NCBI GenBank assembly: GCA_024137785.1
Contig: JAHRHZ010000021.1
Location: forward strand, 15,454,097-15,518,096
DNA length: 64,000 bases
Direction of reading: 5' to 3'
Source: Ginglymostoma cirratum
Taxonomy: Eukaryota
A program made the position numbers and the translations under genes. Below are positions 52,629 through 62,462 of this stretch, in pieces. Numbering within the stretch: the stretch's first letter is position 1; each line of letters begins with the position of its first letter. The notes under the pieces are model-generated. The model was not told the DNA's origin and ran no database searches. It saw only the letters and a program-made list of their open reading frames with translations.

Positions 52629-52793
52629 CATTATTAATGGACGAGGAGCTGAAGGCCCTCTTGTAAACTTTGCACTTTGGGGACGTGGTTGTAATGTAGA
52701 GTTCAGGTCAGCAGTTGAAAGATTTATTGGCCCACATTGGGAGTTTTCAATAGGAAGAGGTGGGAAAGCCATGTCACAATTATCAAGTGAATC
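52629..52793 (-). CDS. ZFC3H1: ZFC3H1 exon 9 (165 nt, phase 0/0)
   Basis: caaaacag|GATTCA ... ATAATG|gtaagc; DSLDNCDMAFPPLP...QPRPQSAKFTRGPSAPRPLIM. Confidence 0.92.
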
Positions 52794-53360
52794 CTGTTTT
52801 GAAAAGTCGGAGAGAGTAAGTTAATTAGAACTAAATTTATTTCTTTGCTATTCCTACCAATGTCCAGTTTGCACTTGAGTGAACACCACCCCCACCACAA
52901 TTGTGCACACGAACTAACAAGTGCCATCGAAACAGGAGAAAACTATTTTTAAAAGGCACATGTAAACATTAACCCCTCCACAACACAATTATATGTGTGA
53001 ATAGGAAGGGTCCAATATGTTCTACACCCCTCCAATTATTTTATTTTCAGTATGGCCGAGACTTCTTTGGAGTACAGCTGAGGAAGCATCAAACAAGAGC
53101 TGTAAAGAAACAGGGAGTGCCAGCAAGGTTCTGCAGAGTTGCAAAGTTCAGCCAAATCTGGCCCTTATTCATCACCACGACGAAGGGCATAATGTAATTA
53201 ATTTGTATTAAAAGCAATAAAAACGATGGAGGAGAAATCAAATTAGAGGATTTCCACACAAAAATTAAGAACTTCCATCTAAAATAAACTTGAGATCCAC
53301 AGCCAAATTCAAAATCACCAACCAAAAATCATTCCAAATAAATATCCTCACTTGTAGAAG

Positions 53361-53378
53361 ACTGCCCTCTGGTGGCAA
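53361..53378 (-). promoter_or_regulatory. CTCF-binding consensus motif
   Basis: Minus strand TTGCCACCAGAGGGCAGT matches the CCACCAG(A/G)GGGC core. Confidence 0.6.
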
Positions 53379-53411
53379 AATAGAATTTTACAACTAAACT
53401 ATTTCAATTAC

Positions 53412-53624
53412 CTCTGGTTTCAAAGCACGCCGATTTGCTATGGATTTTAACAATTCCTCTCTAAGGAGCATTTCTTCTTCTTCTTCCTCATCAGCAAACG
53501 GAGGTTTAGGTGGCTGCTCAGGTTCCTCTGGAGGTAGTGGTGGGGGTGGTGGTGGCATAGGCAGTTCCAAGGGATTAGGGAAGTAGGACTCTAAGTAATT
53601 CGGAATTACAGGATCCACCATGTT
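53412..53624 (-). CDS. ZFC3H1: ZFC3H1 exon 8 (213 nt, phase 0/0), Pro-rich and acidic
   Basis: tttttag|AACATG ... CCAGAG|gtaatt; PPPPPPLPPEEPEQPPKPPFADEEEEEEMLLREELLKSIANRRALKPE. Confidence 0.96.
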
Positions 53625-54077
53625 CTAAAAACGGAACAGATTTGCAAAAGCGTTAGATGTTTTTACAGATGCAAAATAACAAACCAATTTACAATGAAAT
53701 AAGGAAGTGGCGGAGATTGTTTTGTTACAGCTTATACAATAATTGAACAGAGATATTGTTCAATCACACTTGGCTATTAAAACAACTTCACCTCATTTAA
53801 CTCTTTCCTCAAAATCAAATGAAGCCACCACAACGGACAGTCATTAAATAAGCTACTTTCAACTGCAAAATGATAACAATGCACACAAAGTAATGATGGT
53901 GCAGTTTCAGTTTGGAAAGAAGTACTGAAAACCAATCAATTTGACAGTTCACAACACAAATGAAAAGGTAATAATTTGGAAGTTAATTTATGCCGTAAAT
54001 AGCACTAAAAAACATAACAGCAGCATAATATCACAGAATCAGTTTTATATTAGGACTAATGCAGAAATGAAACTAAC

Positions 54078-54169
54078 TTGATGCTGTAAAGATACTGGCA
54101 CAGGTGGCATTGGAACAAAATACCCTGACTGGTAATCCACAGAGATTGAAGATGGCACTGGAGATGATA
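54078..54169 (-). CDS. ZFC3H1: ZFC3H1 exon 7 (92 nt, phase 1/0)
   Basis: ctcttctaacag|TATCAT ... CATCAA|gttagt; VSSPVPSSISVDYQSGYFVPMPPVPVSLQHQ. Confidence 0.88.
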
Positions 54170-54751
54170 CTGTTAGAAGAGAGCACATTTCAAATCAGTA
54201 AAAACCATATCAAAGTTGTCGACAATCAGGAATAAAATCAAGTTTATCACATTTATACACATGGATAAACCATTTACCAAAACCTTTTCACTTTGAACTG
54301 ACTGGTAAGTGTAATTACACGTATAGATATAGATTAATGGGTACAAAAAGCCGTACTGACTGGAGTTTATTCCTCAGCCTCTGATCTTTCAGCAATGACA
54401 TCCTTACACATTATTTTAAGTATACAATTATTGGATTTCTGGCAATGGTTATGCTACTTGCACACCATCATCGAAATAAAATTAGGATTTTATAAAACAC
54501 CTTTCAGAATCTGTTTCCAAATTCTTTCAAAAAAGAAATCCAGAATCAGTCATTAACAAAACATGTGCAACATTGACCATGAGCTATATTCACGTCTAAT
54601 GCCCACTACAATTTAAAAAATGTTGACAATCACCTCCCAAGACACAGGCTGGATTTTGTGGTTAGTAAAGTAGCATCCATCACTGACATCTGTCCAGAAA
54701 GCTTTTGTTGGCCTCTGAACACAGATCTGCTTTAATCAGCATCTAAATCAG

Positions 54752-54770
54752 TGTCACCCTCTAGTGGGCA
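54752..54770 (-). promoter_or_regulatory. CTCF-like motif
   Basis: Minus strand TGCCCACTAGAGGGTGACA; one core mismatch. Confidence 0.45.
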
Positions 54771-55357
54771 CATTAGAGAATTGGAAGGTTTCAGAAGACA
54801 CGTTGCCATAATGCACGTCATAATCACGAACAAAGATCCCCGCTCCGGACCTTAGAATGATGGAAAGCCATTGTAGAAACAGCCAAGTTGTTGCAACACG
54901 TTGTTTCTAGGACACTACCCTAAGGGCACACGGTACAAATATCCTAGCTAAGATGGCTGGCCTGTTACAACCAAAGTATCAATCCAATTGTAAGGCATCT
55001 TCGAGCAATGGACAGCTTACATCTTGATTGCAATTGGATTCAGTTGTATGTTAAGAGCTTGTCCCCACTGACTGCACACTGTGCTACCAAATCTGGTAGT
55101 CTGCCCAGCCATTAAGACAAACCCTTTACAAAGAGTTTAATCCAACAAAGAATGAAGCGTGCTTCAATTTAACACCATTTGGATTCCCACCTTAAAAATG
55201 TATGGTAGTTGCTGTGTAATTTACTCCTATATAAAATTGAGCATTTAAGTTTCACTTAGACTTTGCAAAGTCTAAGCTGCTAATTTCACAAAAGAAAGTG
55301 AATGACATGGAACAATTTGATTTTAAATGCAATTTACAGAACATGGATGATGCTTAC

Positions 55358-55478
55358 CTGGTGAACTGGTTTCACTATCTGTTTCCATAGCAACTTCTTC
55401 ATAATTATCATACTGGTACAAGTTTCCAGATTCTTCCATTGGCCTCTCCTGTGATTTTTTGATATCAAATTCTGTCGA
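55358..55478 (-). CDS. ZFC3H1: ZFC3H1 exon 6 (121 nt, phase 0/1)
   Basis: gttttag|TCGACA ... CCAG|gtaagc; STEFDIKKSQERPMEESGNLYQYDNYEEVAMETDSETSSP. Confidence 0.94.
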
Positions 55479-55499
55479 CTAAAACATGCATAATAATTA

Positions 55500-56032
55500 T
55501 GTCCATCCTGGGCTTCCTGCAATGCCACAGTGATGCCACCCGAAGGCTGCAGGAACAGCAAATCATATTCAGCCTGGGAACCCTGCAGCCCAATGGTATC
55601 AATGTGGATTTCACAAGCTTCAAAATCTCCCCTCCCCCAACCACATCCCAAAACCAGCCCAGCGCATCTCCACCTCCCTAACCTGTTTTTCCTCTCACCT
55701 ATCCCCTCCTCCCACCTCCTATCTACTAACATCAACCCCCCCCACCTTGACCTGTCCGTCCTCCCTGGACTGACCTATCTCCTCCCTACCCCCTCTACCT
55801 ACACTCACCTTTACTGGCTCCATCCCCACCTCTTTGACCTGTCTGCCTCCTCTCCACCTATCCTCTCCTCTATCCATCCTCTATCCGCCTCCCCCTCTCT
55901 CCCTATTTATTTCAGAACCCTCTTCCCCTCCCCCATTTCTGATGAAGGGTCTAGGCCCGAAACGTCTAGTTTTCCTGCTCCTGTGATGCTGCTTGGCCTG
56001 CTGTGTTCATCCAGCCCCATGCCTTGTTATCT
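55500..56032 (+). mobile_element. Penelope-like element 3' fragment, young, with 11-bp TSD and hammerhead motif
   Basis: SILGFLQCHSDATRRLQEQQIIFSLGTLQPNGINVDF (GIY-YIG end), C-rich tract; TSD cataataatta at 55489-55499 and 56033-56043. Confidence 0.88.
55939..55966 (+). ncRNA. Minimal hammerhead ribozyme-like motif inside the Penelope element
   Basis: CTGATGA-aGGGTCTAGGCCC-GAAA-CGTC: both core boxes, stem II hairpin, palindromic ACGT mini stem III and GUC triplet. Stem I is weak. Confidence 0.55.
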
Positions 56033-56309
56033 CATAATAATTAATATGGCTTACAAATCCCTTCAACGCATCTGCTTTTTGATTTGGCTAACTGTCCAAT
56101 AAAACATTGCTGGCAAAACTCAGCACATCTAGCAGCATCTGTGGGGAGAAAGCTTTACATTTTATGTCCCCATCTCTACAAATTTTAGATCCACATCCCT
56201 ACAAATTGCCCTCAGATGCCCAATCTTTAAAGTGTTCTGGATGTCTCAAGTACCTTTGATCTTAATTGCTCCAGGGTTGTTGTCTATATGTACAGTTGCT
56301 TAGGCCCCA

Positions 56310-56480
56310 TGATTTGTGATTCACATCCTACAGTCCAAAGGTACGCATGTTAGGTGATTTGGCCCTGGTAGGTGCAAGGTTACAGGGGGCTGGGTCTGAG
56401 TGGGATTCTCTATGGAGGGTCAGTGTGGACTCAATGGGTTGAATGGGCCTGCTTCCACACTGTAGGTCTTTTAATCTAAT
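56310..56480 (+). mobile_element. HE1-like SINE fragment
   Basis: cagtccaaagg..gttaggtgatttggcc..gggtcagtgtggactcaatggg..gcctgcttccacactgtagg. Confidence 0.7.
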
Positions 56481-56559
56481 CTACACTCTCCACCACCCGT
56501 GCTTCACTTTCTTCATGACACTCTAAAACTTCCTTACAAAAAGGCAGCACAAGGACAAA

Positions 56560-57480
56560 CTGAAGATTTAAATTTATAGAGTCCCTGAAAAATTAGTACA
56601 GCTATTACAGAACACGTATAAGGAATGTCAAACAAGAGTAAGCAGCAGTGTGCAAGCATGAGAGTTTCAAAGTCAAAGTTGGATTAGACCAAAGACTGGC
56701 ACTGAACCTCTTCCTGATTGTCACTGACCTTCTAAGTGAGATGGGAAGTGTCATGGGTCAATGATGTTCGCAGGTGACATCAGATAGGGGTGAAGTTGAT
56801 TGCGGACTGGACAAAAGCTCGAACACTGGTAAGAATCTCAAGCAGGCTATTTGTGGACCCAGTGAGAGTGTATGGAAGAGGATCAGAGTGCAGATTTAAA
56901 TATTACGCGAGAAGACTTGAGGAAAGCGGACAATTTCAAGTAAAAGTTATTAGCATACAGGCTAACTTCCTTTTGTCAGGTGAAAAATTGTGGCTGGGTG
57001 GAACTTAATTCGTACACCATGTATAAGTAAAATCATGACTTTTGGGTCAAAAAAAAAAACGACATGATCCACCTAGTTGGGGATCAGTAAGGGGAAATGG
57101 AGTTATGGAAATGAAACAGACTACTTCTGGTATGGGTAGCTGCAAGAACAGCAATAAACATTGTGTAATGGAAAATCATTGCTGAAACTGAATGGAACAA
57201 CCTACATGTTTGAGAGACCTGCCTTGTTATACAGCACAGAAACCAGGGCAACATGGAGAGGAATAACAATCAGATACTACCGATTTGCAGATGTGAGAAC
57301 ATTGTGTGGAGTAATGCCAAAGGAAAGAACATCAGGAACCAGCACATTTTGGGAAGAGCGAGGAAGGCGGCAGTGGAGCACATATTAAGGAGTATCAAAG
57401 AGCTAAGAGATTCAAACTTTATGATATGTTGCAGAGAAAGAAGAAATGTGGTTAGGTGTGCAAGGGTGATAGGATCACCA
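56560..57480 (+). mobile_element. Degenerate RTE-clade LINE fragment
   Basis: KVKVGL(D)Q..ALN.FL, MMFAGDI (MMFADD-like), RPALLYSTET and IRNQHILG motifs. Confidence 0.65.
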
Positions 57481-58264
57481 TGAAGATCTGATTTTGTTTC
57501 AGATTTCCAGCCCCCGCAGTATTGAGCTTTCACAATTTTGTTAATACAGGACACCACAACTCGTAAGTTATACACAACTGTAATGAAAATTGACTCATTC
57601 CCACAACAAATCAGAACCTGGGATAGAAAATGCAAAGATTGTCTACACAGTCTATGCAATAAAATTCACAAAGTATGCCACTTATACTTTCAACATAATA
57701 TTCGGAAATATATCCAATTTTCAACTGAAATTCTAATGGTATTCATGCATTGAATTCTCCATAATTTAGGAATGATGTAGGTTTACCCTCCAATAAGCTA
57801 GATAGGTTTCCACTAACCTGGATGCAGAGCATGCATATTAAATAAAACATTCATCAACCAACAGAAAATACAATATTCCTTAGAATATTGGACAAGGACC
57901 ACTAAAAGAATTGAGATTTCACTTTTAGTTTTAACAGTTAACATTTGTTTGAAACACAGTCAACATTGCATTAAATTCAATAAAGACTAACCCATTTCTA
58001 ATTTCACAGATAATCAGAAGCTGAATTTACCTTTGCCAAAAAAATGCAATTTACATTTACCAAATTCTTACAAAACAGAGAATCAGTTCTGCGACCTTAC
58101 GCAAGACTGGGGCTATTGTTTCTTCTGAAACTGCTTAAACCTGAAGTAATAAGTATTCCAAACAATACATACTGCGCATATTAATAGTAGCCTGTCATTA
58201 GAAGACTTCTCTTCTAAATCATTACTTAGCACAACTTAAATACATTAAAGCAATTAAGTCTTAC

Positions 58265-58500
58265 CTTGCTACCAGATCTTCTTTTCCCTCCTACAAGTTT
58301 CATAAAACGATTGTACTGCTCCTCCTGATTGGAGAGGTCACGAATTTTTCTGATTTCATCCTCACGTTTTTTGCGTTCTTCCTCTTCTAGAAGTTTTTTC
58401 TCTTCCTCTTCCTTTCTTTGCTTTTCTTGTTCTTTTTGCTGTTGTAGTTTTTTCCATGCACTTGTTTTCTGCCTTCGCATAACCTGCTTTGTAGCGACAG
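58265..58500 (-). CDS. ZFC3H1: ZFC3H1 exon 5 (236 nt, phase 1/0), coiled coil
   Basis: ttttcttcag|CTGTCG ... AGCAAG|gtaaga; AWKKLQQQKEQE...IRKIRDLSNQEEQYNRFMKLVGGKRRS. Confidence 0.96.
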
Positions 58501-59379
58501 CTGAAGAAAATATTTAAAGCAAAGCATTAGTACTGACTGCATATCAAGTTTATATAGAGCTTCCACTCAAATGAACATTTACAATAAAACAAATACACAA
58601 AAACCTTAATCAGCTGTGTTTTAATGATGAATGAATAACATCCGCTCACCCCATTCAAGTTCTCTTGCTTTCTGTCCATCATATTTCAAGTTCCTTGCCA
58701 CCATGAACTAAAATTCCACTATTGCTGCCAACATTATTTGTTCTGCAGAACTCGAGAATAAACTTTAAGTCACGTCCAAAGAGCCCAAATTGCATTATTA
58801 GGCAAGCCTTTTTGAAACTGTCAAGTAAATCAATTATTCCCACTCCCTCATCATTTGTGTTCTTAAATTTTTCTCATCCTGTCCATTCTCCAGGTACATG
58901 TCTTACCTTCATGCCCTCAAAAGGATCTTGATGATCTGGTCAAACCATATCAAGCACTACTGGGGCGCACACTGCTCTGCCAAATCATTGCACACCGTTC
59001 AGCTCTATTTGCAATTTTTCAAATGATGCGTGCTTGCGGACCCCAACATTTAAGATTGGACCATAAACTAGCAAATAACACTCACGTCACATAACTACCA
59101 AGCAATCACAAATTGGAAGACTTTACTTCCCTTGATATTCGATAGCATTACTAACATTCTAGGATTAATGACCTAAACCCCACACAGACAAGCTACAAAA
59201 TCAAAACAATGGTTGTAAGAATGGATCACAGGCAACGTTCACTCCAAGCTGCACAGCAGCTTTGATCTTCCATGCAGGGCAAAAGGCATCAGCACGCCAG
59301 TGCACTGAATTCCAAAAGCCTATGCAGTCTATAAGAAAGTTAGAGGAAATGCTGATCACGGGCTGGGTATTCAACTGGT

Positions 59380-59910
59380 AACTCACCTTCAAATTCTCAA
59401 AGCCTCTCCAACAGCTACAAGGCACATCAAGAGTGTGATAGAATATTCTCCACATGGGTTGATAACTACAGCTCCAACAATAATCTAGGACAACACAGCT
59501 CCCTTGATTGGCACACAATCCTGCAGATTAAACACTCATCCCTCTATCACCAAAAAATGTGCGACAGCAGCATGCACCATCTACAAGATGTCACAGTGCA
59601 TTTCATCAAGGTTTCACCAACACTACATTCCAAATGTGACCTCTACTATCTAGAATAAGGGCAGCAGATTCATCGGAACACCACCACCTGCAAGTCAGAC
59701 ACCATCGTGATCTCAATCACCATTAATTGCTGCCAGGTTAATATTCAATAAGTTTTGCCTAACAGTAATGTTGGTGCACCTATACCACACTGACTACACT
59801 GGTTCAAGGCAGTGGTGATGGCTCACCACACCTTTAAGGTCAATTAGGGATAACTAATAAATTGTGACCTTGACCAGGGCATCCACATCCAATGAACAAG
59901 TGAAAAAATG
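59380..59910 (+). mobile_element. Second-family LINE 3' fragment
   Basis: ctacaaggcacatcaagagtgtgatagaatattctc (YKAQVRSVMEYS-like), tgcaccatctacaagatg, tail ccacatcccaatgaac. Confidence 0.75.
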
Positions 59911-60229
59911 TACTGCTTACCAGGATGGTCCTTGATCATTTCTCACTAACAATCAAATAGAACACACATCACCTATTCTTCCTTATTCCTAAAACCCTGG
60001 AACTTCTAACAACAAGTATCCAAACCACTCTGACCTTGGTTCAAGGTGGCAGTGGTTCATGAGCAACAAACATGTTATTTTCTAAGAGATAAACTCAGCA
60101 ACCTCTAATACTTTTCTTCACATCGACCAAGCTCAATATTCCTAGTTCTAGTATTAGTTCTGAACCCATAAGCTTTGTTTATCCCTTTCTTCACACCCCC
60201 TTTGCTCCTACTTCATTCCTTCTGAAGAC

Positions 60230-60980
60230 CAATCACCATCCTAGTGCCCATTTGGTCATTGTAAAATAGTTCCCTCTCCACATTTTCAGAACCGCCAACA
60301 ATCCCATCCTCCAAAATTCATCCTCCTTTTCCCCTTTCCTAAAAACTGCTGCCCAACTCCAAGCTCCAGAAAGCATCAACCAAATCCACATCTTTGAAGC
60401 AATTCAGACAGTTGTGACAATTAAATCTTCTCCCGATCACAAAGGCTTTAAAGTCACAAATAACTCCTTTGACCATGTTCAACCCTTCCTTGTTCCCTTC
60501 AACTTCTGTGCAATCTGACAACCAACCATTTAATCATCCTCAAAAGCCTTTCCACTTCTTTGTCAGTGAGACTGTTTTTGCTTCACTCATCTATACAATT
60601 GTAGACCCAGCACAGATATCACCTCTTACATACCCCTTCCTCCCTAAACAGTTATCTCTAGTGTCACCCATGTGAATGTCTGACTTAATTGATCTGCTGC
60701 AGAAACCCTTGTCTATATGCCTTTGTCACCTCCAGACTCAAACATTACATACACGGTGTCCTATGTTCATCCAAAATTTACCATCCCCTCACTGTCCTAC
60801 ATCCATCCCCAGTCTTCCAAAACTGGAAATTTAAAACTTGCAACCAGACTGCCTGGGCATTCCTCATCCTTTCTTATCCCTGCCTACATGTGAGCTGTAT
60901 GTACAGGAATACCTTTGCTAAACCTCTGCACCTTTATTTCCCTTTTAAGGCTTCCATAAAACCCAGCTTTTAAAAACCAA
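60230..60980 (+). mobile_element. Degenerate L2-clade LINE fragment
   Basis: LYAFVTSRL (IHAFVTSRLDY-like) motif; tail cttccataaaacccagcttt. Confidence 0.55.
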
Positions 60981-61116
60981 GCTATCATTCACTCTCATTC
61001 CTATTTCATTTCATTGTCCATTTGCATATAATGATGTAATGAAACATTTATATAACATTGAATAATACCATATAAATGCATTATTAGCTACCCAAAACCA
61101 CCATCTGAATACCATA

Positions 61117-61247
61117 GATAGTAGGAACTGCAGATGCTGGAGAATCTGAGATAACAAGGTGTAGAAGGGTCTAGGCCCGAAACGTCAGCCTTCCTGCTCC
61201 TCTGATGCTCCTTGGCCTGCTGTGTTCATCCAGCTCTACACCTTGTT
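61117..61247. mobile_element. Miniature Penelope-derived insertion with 14-bp TSD and internal inversion
   Basis: TSD atctgaataccata at 61103-61116 and 61248-61261. Contains gaagggtctaggcccgaaacgtc, as in the 55500-56032 element. Confidence 0.85.
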
Positions 61248-61543
61248 ATCTGAATACCATACTTGGGTCACCGCTCTTTTAAAAGATCAGAACAAAATAA
61301 AAAAGGACACACTTACAAATGTCATTTAAAGGAGAATTCTAATGGCAGGCAATGTTCCAACCAAATCTTTACCAGTACAAATTGCAAGCCTTGTTAATAA
61401 AACTATTTCAGCAATTACCTATCCATTCACTAAACTAAAACTATTCATGAATAAAATAGCTGCAAGTTCTATCACTACTTGCTATCCAAATTTTGCCAAC
61501 TCAAGAGAGAACTGAGCAACATTTTCATAAATTTGGGTGTTAC

Positions 61544-61775
61544 CTGTAGTAAGTGGTTTCTTCAGCATATGGGTTTTCGGGCTACTTCGCACTTTCTGCT
61601 GAGAGATTTTTTGCTTTGTAAGCTTATCTTTGCTCTCCTTCATTACACATTGTTCTTTTTGTTGCCACTTTCTACTAGCAGACTGCAATGCAAGAAGGCG
61701 CAACTGGAGTTCTGACAATTCTTCCTCCTCTTCCCTCTCTTCCTCAACTTCTTCATCGTCCACTTTGACAATGTC
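61544..61775 (-). CDS. ZFC3H1: ZFC3H1 exon 4 (232 nt, phase 0/1)
   Basis: ttaacag|GACATT ... ACAG|gtaaca; EEEELSELQLRLLALQSASRKWQQKEQ. Confidence 0.95.
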
Positions 61776-61907
61776 CTGTTAAATGTTAAAAAGTGAATTA
61801 CCCAATCATACCAGTTAAATCCTACATTCAAACTGGTGCAACTTGGACAGTAGTAATAGAAAAATCCAATTCCAAATTCTTTTAACACAAATATGTCAAA
61901 CATTTAC

Positions 61908-61978
61908 CTTGAAAGGAGATTCTGTCAAAAATCCTTTACTCTTTGAACTAGAATGGTCTGGATCTTTATTTTCAGACT
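61908..61978 (-). CDS. ZFC3H1: ZFC3H1 exon 3 (71 nt, phase 1/0)
   Basis: ttcttccag|AGTCTG ... TTCAAG|gtaaat; ESENKDPDHSSSKSKGFLTESPFK; required to bridge the phases of exons 2 and 4. Confidence 0.88.
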
Positions 61979-62052
61979 CTGGAAGAAACCGTAACCAAGT
62001 TAGTAACAAATGGTAGTGTATCCATTATTTTCACAAATCATATTCCACATAC

Positions 62053-62439
62053 CTGGTTTATTTGTTGAAGGCTCCAATGGTTCTGGTTTTTGGCTGTCTT
62101 GTTCCATCTGAGCTGGTGCACGTAGCTTCTGTCTTAAAGGTTTCAGTTCAAATGCCTGAAAAGCTTTCACCTGAGGTTTTTCAGTGGATAGCTGTAAATT
62201 GTTCTTTTCAATACTGTTGGTTTCTACATTAACATTCCCAGACACAACATTACCATCCTCCTCCAGCAAGTTTTCTCCCTTGGTAGTCTGAGACATTTTT
62301 TCTTCTCTATTAAGACATTCCAGTTCCAGCTGAATCTCTTTATATTTCCTAAGAAGATCTTCAAATGTTTCATCCATATCATCATCATTTCTGCAATACT
62401 GAGCTGGTCTTCTTGATGGGAACCGTCCAAAGAATTTTG
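62053..62439 (-). CDS. ZFC3H1: ZFC3H1 exon 2 (387 nt, phase 1/1)
   Basis: ctcag|CAAAATTC ... CCAG|gtatgt; KFFGRFPSRR...DETFEDLLRKYKEIQLELEC...KAFQAFELKPLRQKL. The exact acceptor is slightly uncertain because exon 1 is absent. Confidence 0.9.
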
Positions 62440-62462
62440 CTGAGTTAAATGTGTAAAGGAAA
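62440..62462 (-). promoter_or_regulatory. U12-type (minor spliceosome)-like branch site and 3' splice site of intron 1
   Basis: Minus strand TTTCCTTTACACATTTAACTCAG|: a TTCCTTRAC-like motif with its A about 14 nt from the 3' end of the intron. The donor is outside the window. Confidence 0.5.

Larger units (their letters stand above)
4815..62439 (-). other. ZFC3H1: ZFC3H1 gene body (5'-partial: exons 2-35 plus 3'UTR); zinc finger C3H1 domain-containing protein, PAXT complex scaffold
   Basis: 34 exons join into one open frame (5429 nt). Recognisable ZFC3H1 motifs: ETFEDLL.KYK.IQLELEC, LSELQLRLLALQSAS, YQYDNYEEVAM, PPKPPFADEEEEEEMLLREELLKS, CRFDLTGTCNDDDCQWQH, LLFEASEGGKTDNLRKLV. Lower coordinate (poly(A) site) is approximate. 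Confidence 0.97.

Noticed and set aside
55530-56102. 190-aa Pro/Leu/Ser-rich ORF
   Set aside because: Translation of the C/T-rich, stop-poor 3' region of the Penelope element, not a host gene.
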